Source: an uncultured Phycisphaerales bacterium (GTDB lineage: Bacteria; Planctomycetota; Phycisphaerae; Tepidisphaerales; Tepidisphaeraceae). Taken from it: 64,000 nt of DNA. Below the pieces are notes generated by a model that was not told the origin of the DNA, searched no databases, and saw nothing but the letters and a program-made list of their open reading frames with translations. Within the stretch, counting starts at the first letter, position 1, and every line of letters starts with the position of its first letter. The position numbers were made by a program, and so were the translations under genes. Of the stretch, positions 62,144 through 64,000 are shown piece after piece. The stretch is taken from positions 128,001 through 192,000 of the forward strand of contig CAWJPJ010000006.1 in assembly GCA_963844715.1 (NCBI GenBank). Reading direction: 5' to 3'.

Positions 62144-63634
62144 ATGAATCAAGCGCCAGTTATCTCACCCTATGACTTGGTTCCCTATAGCGGAGCCGCG
62201 TATTCGGCGACCCATCCAAACCGCCTCGCCGCCGTCGCGACACTCCTGGGGATGACTCCGGCCTCGCCCGAGACCTCCCGGGTATTGGAACTGGGGTGCG
62301 CATCCGGGGAAAACCTGATTCCGATGGCGGAGCAATTTCCGGGCGGCGAATTCGTCGGGATCGACAATTCAGCGGTCCAGATTGAAGCCGGTAAAGCCGT
62401 CGCCTCGCGCCTGGGGATCGGGAATGTCCGCCTGGAGCGGCGCGACATCATGGAGGTGGGCCCGGAATTCGGAAAATTCGATTACATCATCGCGCACGGG
62501 ATCTATTCGTGGGTTCCTCCCCAGGTCAGAGCGAAGGTCCTCGAGATTCTCGCCCAGAATCTGGCCCCGCAAGGGGTCGGATTTGTCAGCTACAACGCGC
62601 TTCCGGGGAGCTACCTTCGCCGGATTCTGCGCGATGCGATGAATTATCACGCGGGAGACGAAGATACGCCCGACCGGCAATTGCGCGAGAGCCTGGCGTT
62701 TGTGGATTTTCTCGTGCAATCACTGCCCAAGGATCATCCGTTCGGCGACTGGCTGCGCAAGTCGCAACAATCGCTGCATACCAGTGAGGGATCGAATGTT
62801 CTGCATGATGACCTCGAGGCGCACAACGAGCCGATCTATCTGTACGAATTCGTCGACCGGGCGGCGGCCCAGGGATTGAAATATGTTGCCGACGCGCATT
62901 TCGGCTCCATCTCGCTATCCCGATTTCCGGCGGAAATGGTGCGGTCGCTAAAGGCGATGACCTCCGACCGGGTTCGAACCGATCAATACCTCGACTTCGT
63001 CACAAACCGCTCCTTTCGCCAGACCCTGTTGTGTCATGCGAATGTGACGCTCGAGCCGGAGCCATCGTGGCGGCGGATTCTCTCTCTCCGCGTCGCATGC
63101 AGGGCAACATTGCCCCAGCCAGTCGACATCCGCACCACCGAGCAGGCGGCCTTCAACCTTCCGGGAGGCATGGTTATGAAGACGCAGGTTCCTCTCGCAA
63201 AGGCCGCGCTGATGCACCTGGGCGAAATCTGGCCCGACTCAATCGGAATGAGCGAGTTGCTCGAATTGGCGCATCTCCGCGCCGGCTTTTCCGTCCCGGT
63301 CGCTAATGCCGATCCGGAATTCGATCTGCGCAGTTTGCTTCAAGCTCTTCTTTTTGGCTTTGAGGCCGGAAAAGTGGAATTCTCCGCCAGCCCGGTCCCC
63401 TGGGTTGCCCAAGTCTCGCAACGCCCGATGGCGACGCCCCTGGCCCGTTATCAGGCGGAAATCGGCAGCATGGTCACAAACCGCAAGCACGAAAGCGGGC
63501 ACATTACTCCAATCATGCGAAAATTGCTGCCCCTCCTTGACGGCAACCACGACCGCGCGGCATTGCCAGGCCAAACCGCGGAATTGGACGCAACCCTCCA
63601 GCAATTGGCGGAACATGCCCTGCTCATCGCGTGA
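62144..63634 (+). CDS. Class I SAM methyltransferase with regulatory domain
   Basis: RVLELGCASGENL, FDYIIAHGIYSWV, VSYNALPG and QYLDFVTNRSFRQTLL. Confidence 0.88.
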   Translation: MNQAPVISPYDLVPYSGAAYSATHPNRLAAVATLLGMTPASPETSRVLELGCASGENLIPMAEQFPGGEFVGIDNSAVQIEAGKAVASRLGIGNVRLERRDIMEVGPEFGKFDYIIAHGIYSWVPPQVRAKVLEILAQNLAPQGVGFVSYNALPGSYLRRILRDAMNYHAGDEDTPDRQLRESLAFVDFLVQSLPKDHPFGDWLRKSQQSLHTSEGSNVLHDDLEAHNEPIYLYEFVDRAAAQGLKYVADAHFGSISLSRFPAEMVRSLKAMTSDRVRTDQYLDFVTNRSFRQTLLCHANVTLEPEPSWRRILSLRVACRATLPQPVDIRTTEQAAFNLPGGMVMKTQVPLAKAALMHLGEIWPDSIGMSELLELAHLRAGFSVPVANADPEFDLRSLLQALLFGFEAGKVEFSASPVPWVAQVSQRPMATPLARYQAEIGSMVTNRKHESGHITPIMRKLLPLLDGNHDRAALPGQTAELDATLQQLAEHALLIA

Positions 63635-63720
63635 AATGAAGCCGACCCCGGTCGGTAAGTAGTCCCACTTAACCCTTTAGCCTATACTTTCCGATCTTCA
63701 AGTAGCGAGTGTTTCCGGAT

Positions 63721-64000
63721 ATGAGCACGACTTGTGAAAATCCGCCGGGGGGAATGACCGCGCCCTATTGGGTCGCGGCCAGGGCGATCTCGACCGCCGC
63801 GCCGTCACCGGGGCTCTCATGCTGGTCATGGTGCTGGCCTCCATGGAGCAGACCGTCACCAGTACGGCTATGCCGACCATCATCGGGTCTCTCCACGGCC
63901 TGGAACATTATTCCTGGGTCGCCTCGATCTACCTTCTGGCCTGTACCGTCAGCATGCCTCTTTACGGGCGATTAGCCGACGCCCTCGGCCGCAAGCGCGT
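63721..64000 (+). CDS. MFS multidrug transporter, partial (frameshift near 5' end)
   Basis: LASMEQTVTSTAMPTIIGSLHGLEHYSWVASIYLLA...PLYGRLADALGRKR. Confidence 0.8.

Overview
GC-rich bacterial chromosomal segment; the gene content suggests Planctomycetota, but this is inference only. It carries many apparent 1-bp indels, even in pheS, so these are probably long-read errors, and the ORF track both fragments and fuses real genes. Left third: seven tandem minus-strand TPR genes (five SPINDLY/OGT-type glycosyltransferases, one TPR-GT9, one partial), an HtrA-like pair, thpR, pheS, a TPP riboswitch with thiC, and acs. At 24.2-26.7 kb is a three-gene cluster built around a stand-alone PatG/PatA C-terminal-like domain. 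Centre: a ~15.7 kb integrative element (31628-47335) inserted in the 3' end of tRNA-Leu(CAA) and bounded by a 14-bp direct repeat. It encodes a tyrosine integrase, an excisionase-like HTH, a complete integron (intI, attI, six cassettes with ~110-bp attC sites), a VirD2-like relaxase with a candidate oriT, an AbiE toxin-antitoxin pair and an uncharacterised four-gene GHKL-ATPase operon (candidate defence system). The integrase reading frame crosses the att core, so excision would replace its 12-aa C-terminus with a 72-aa one. Right third: GT39 glycosyltransferases, CheB/CheR with a hybrid kinase, an esterase-dioxygenase-oxidoreductase operon, a DinB pair, a methyltransferase and a partial MFS transporter.
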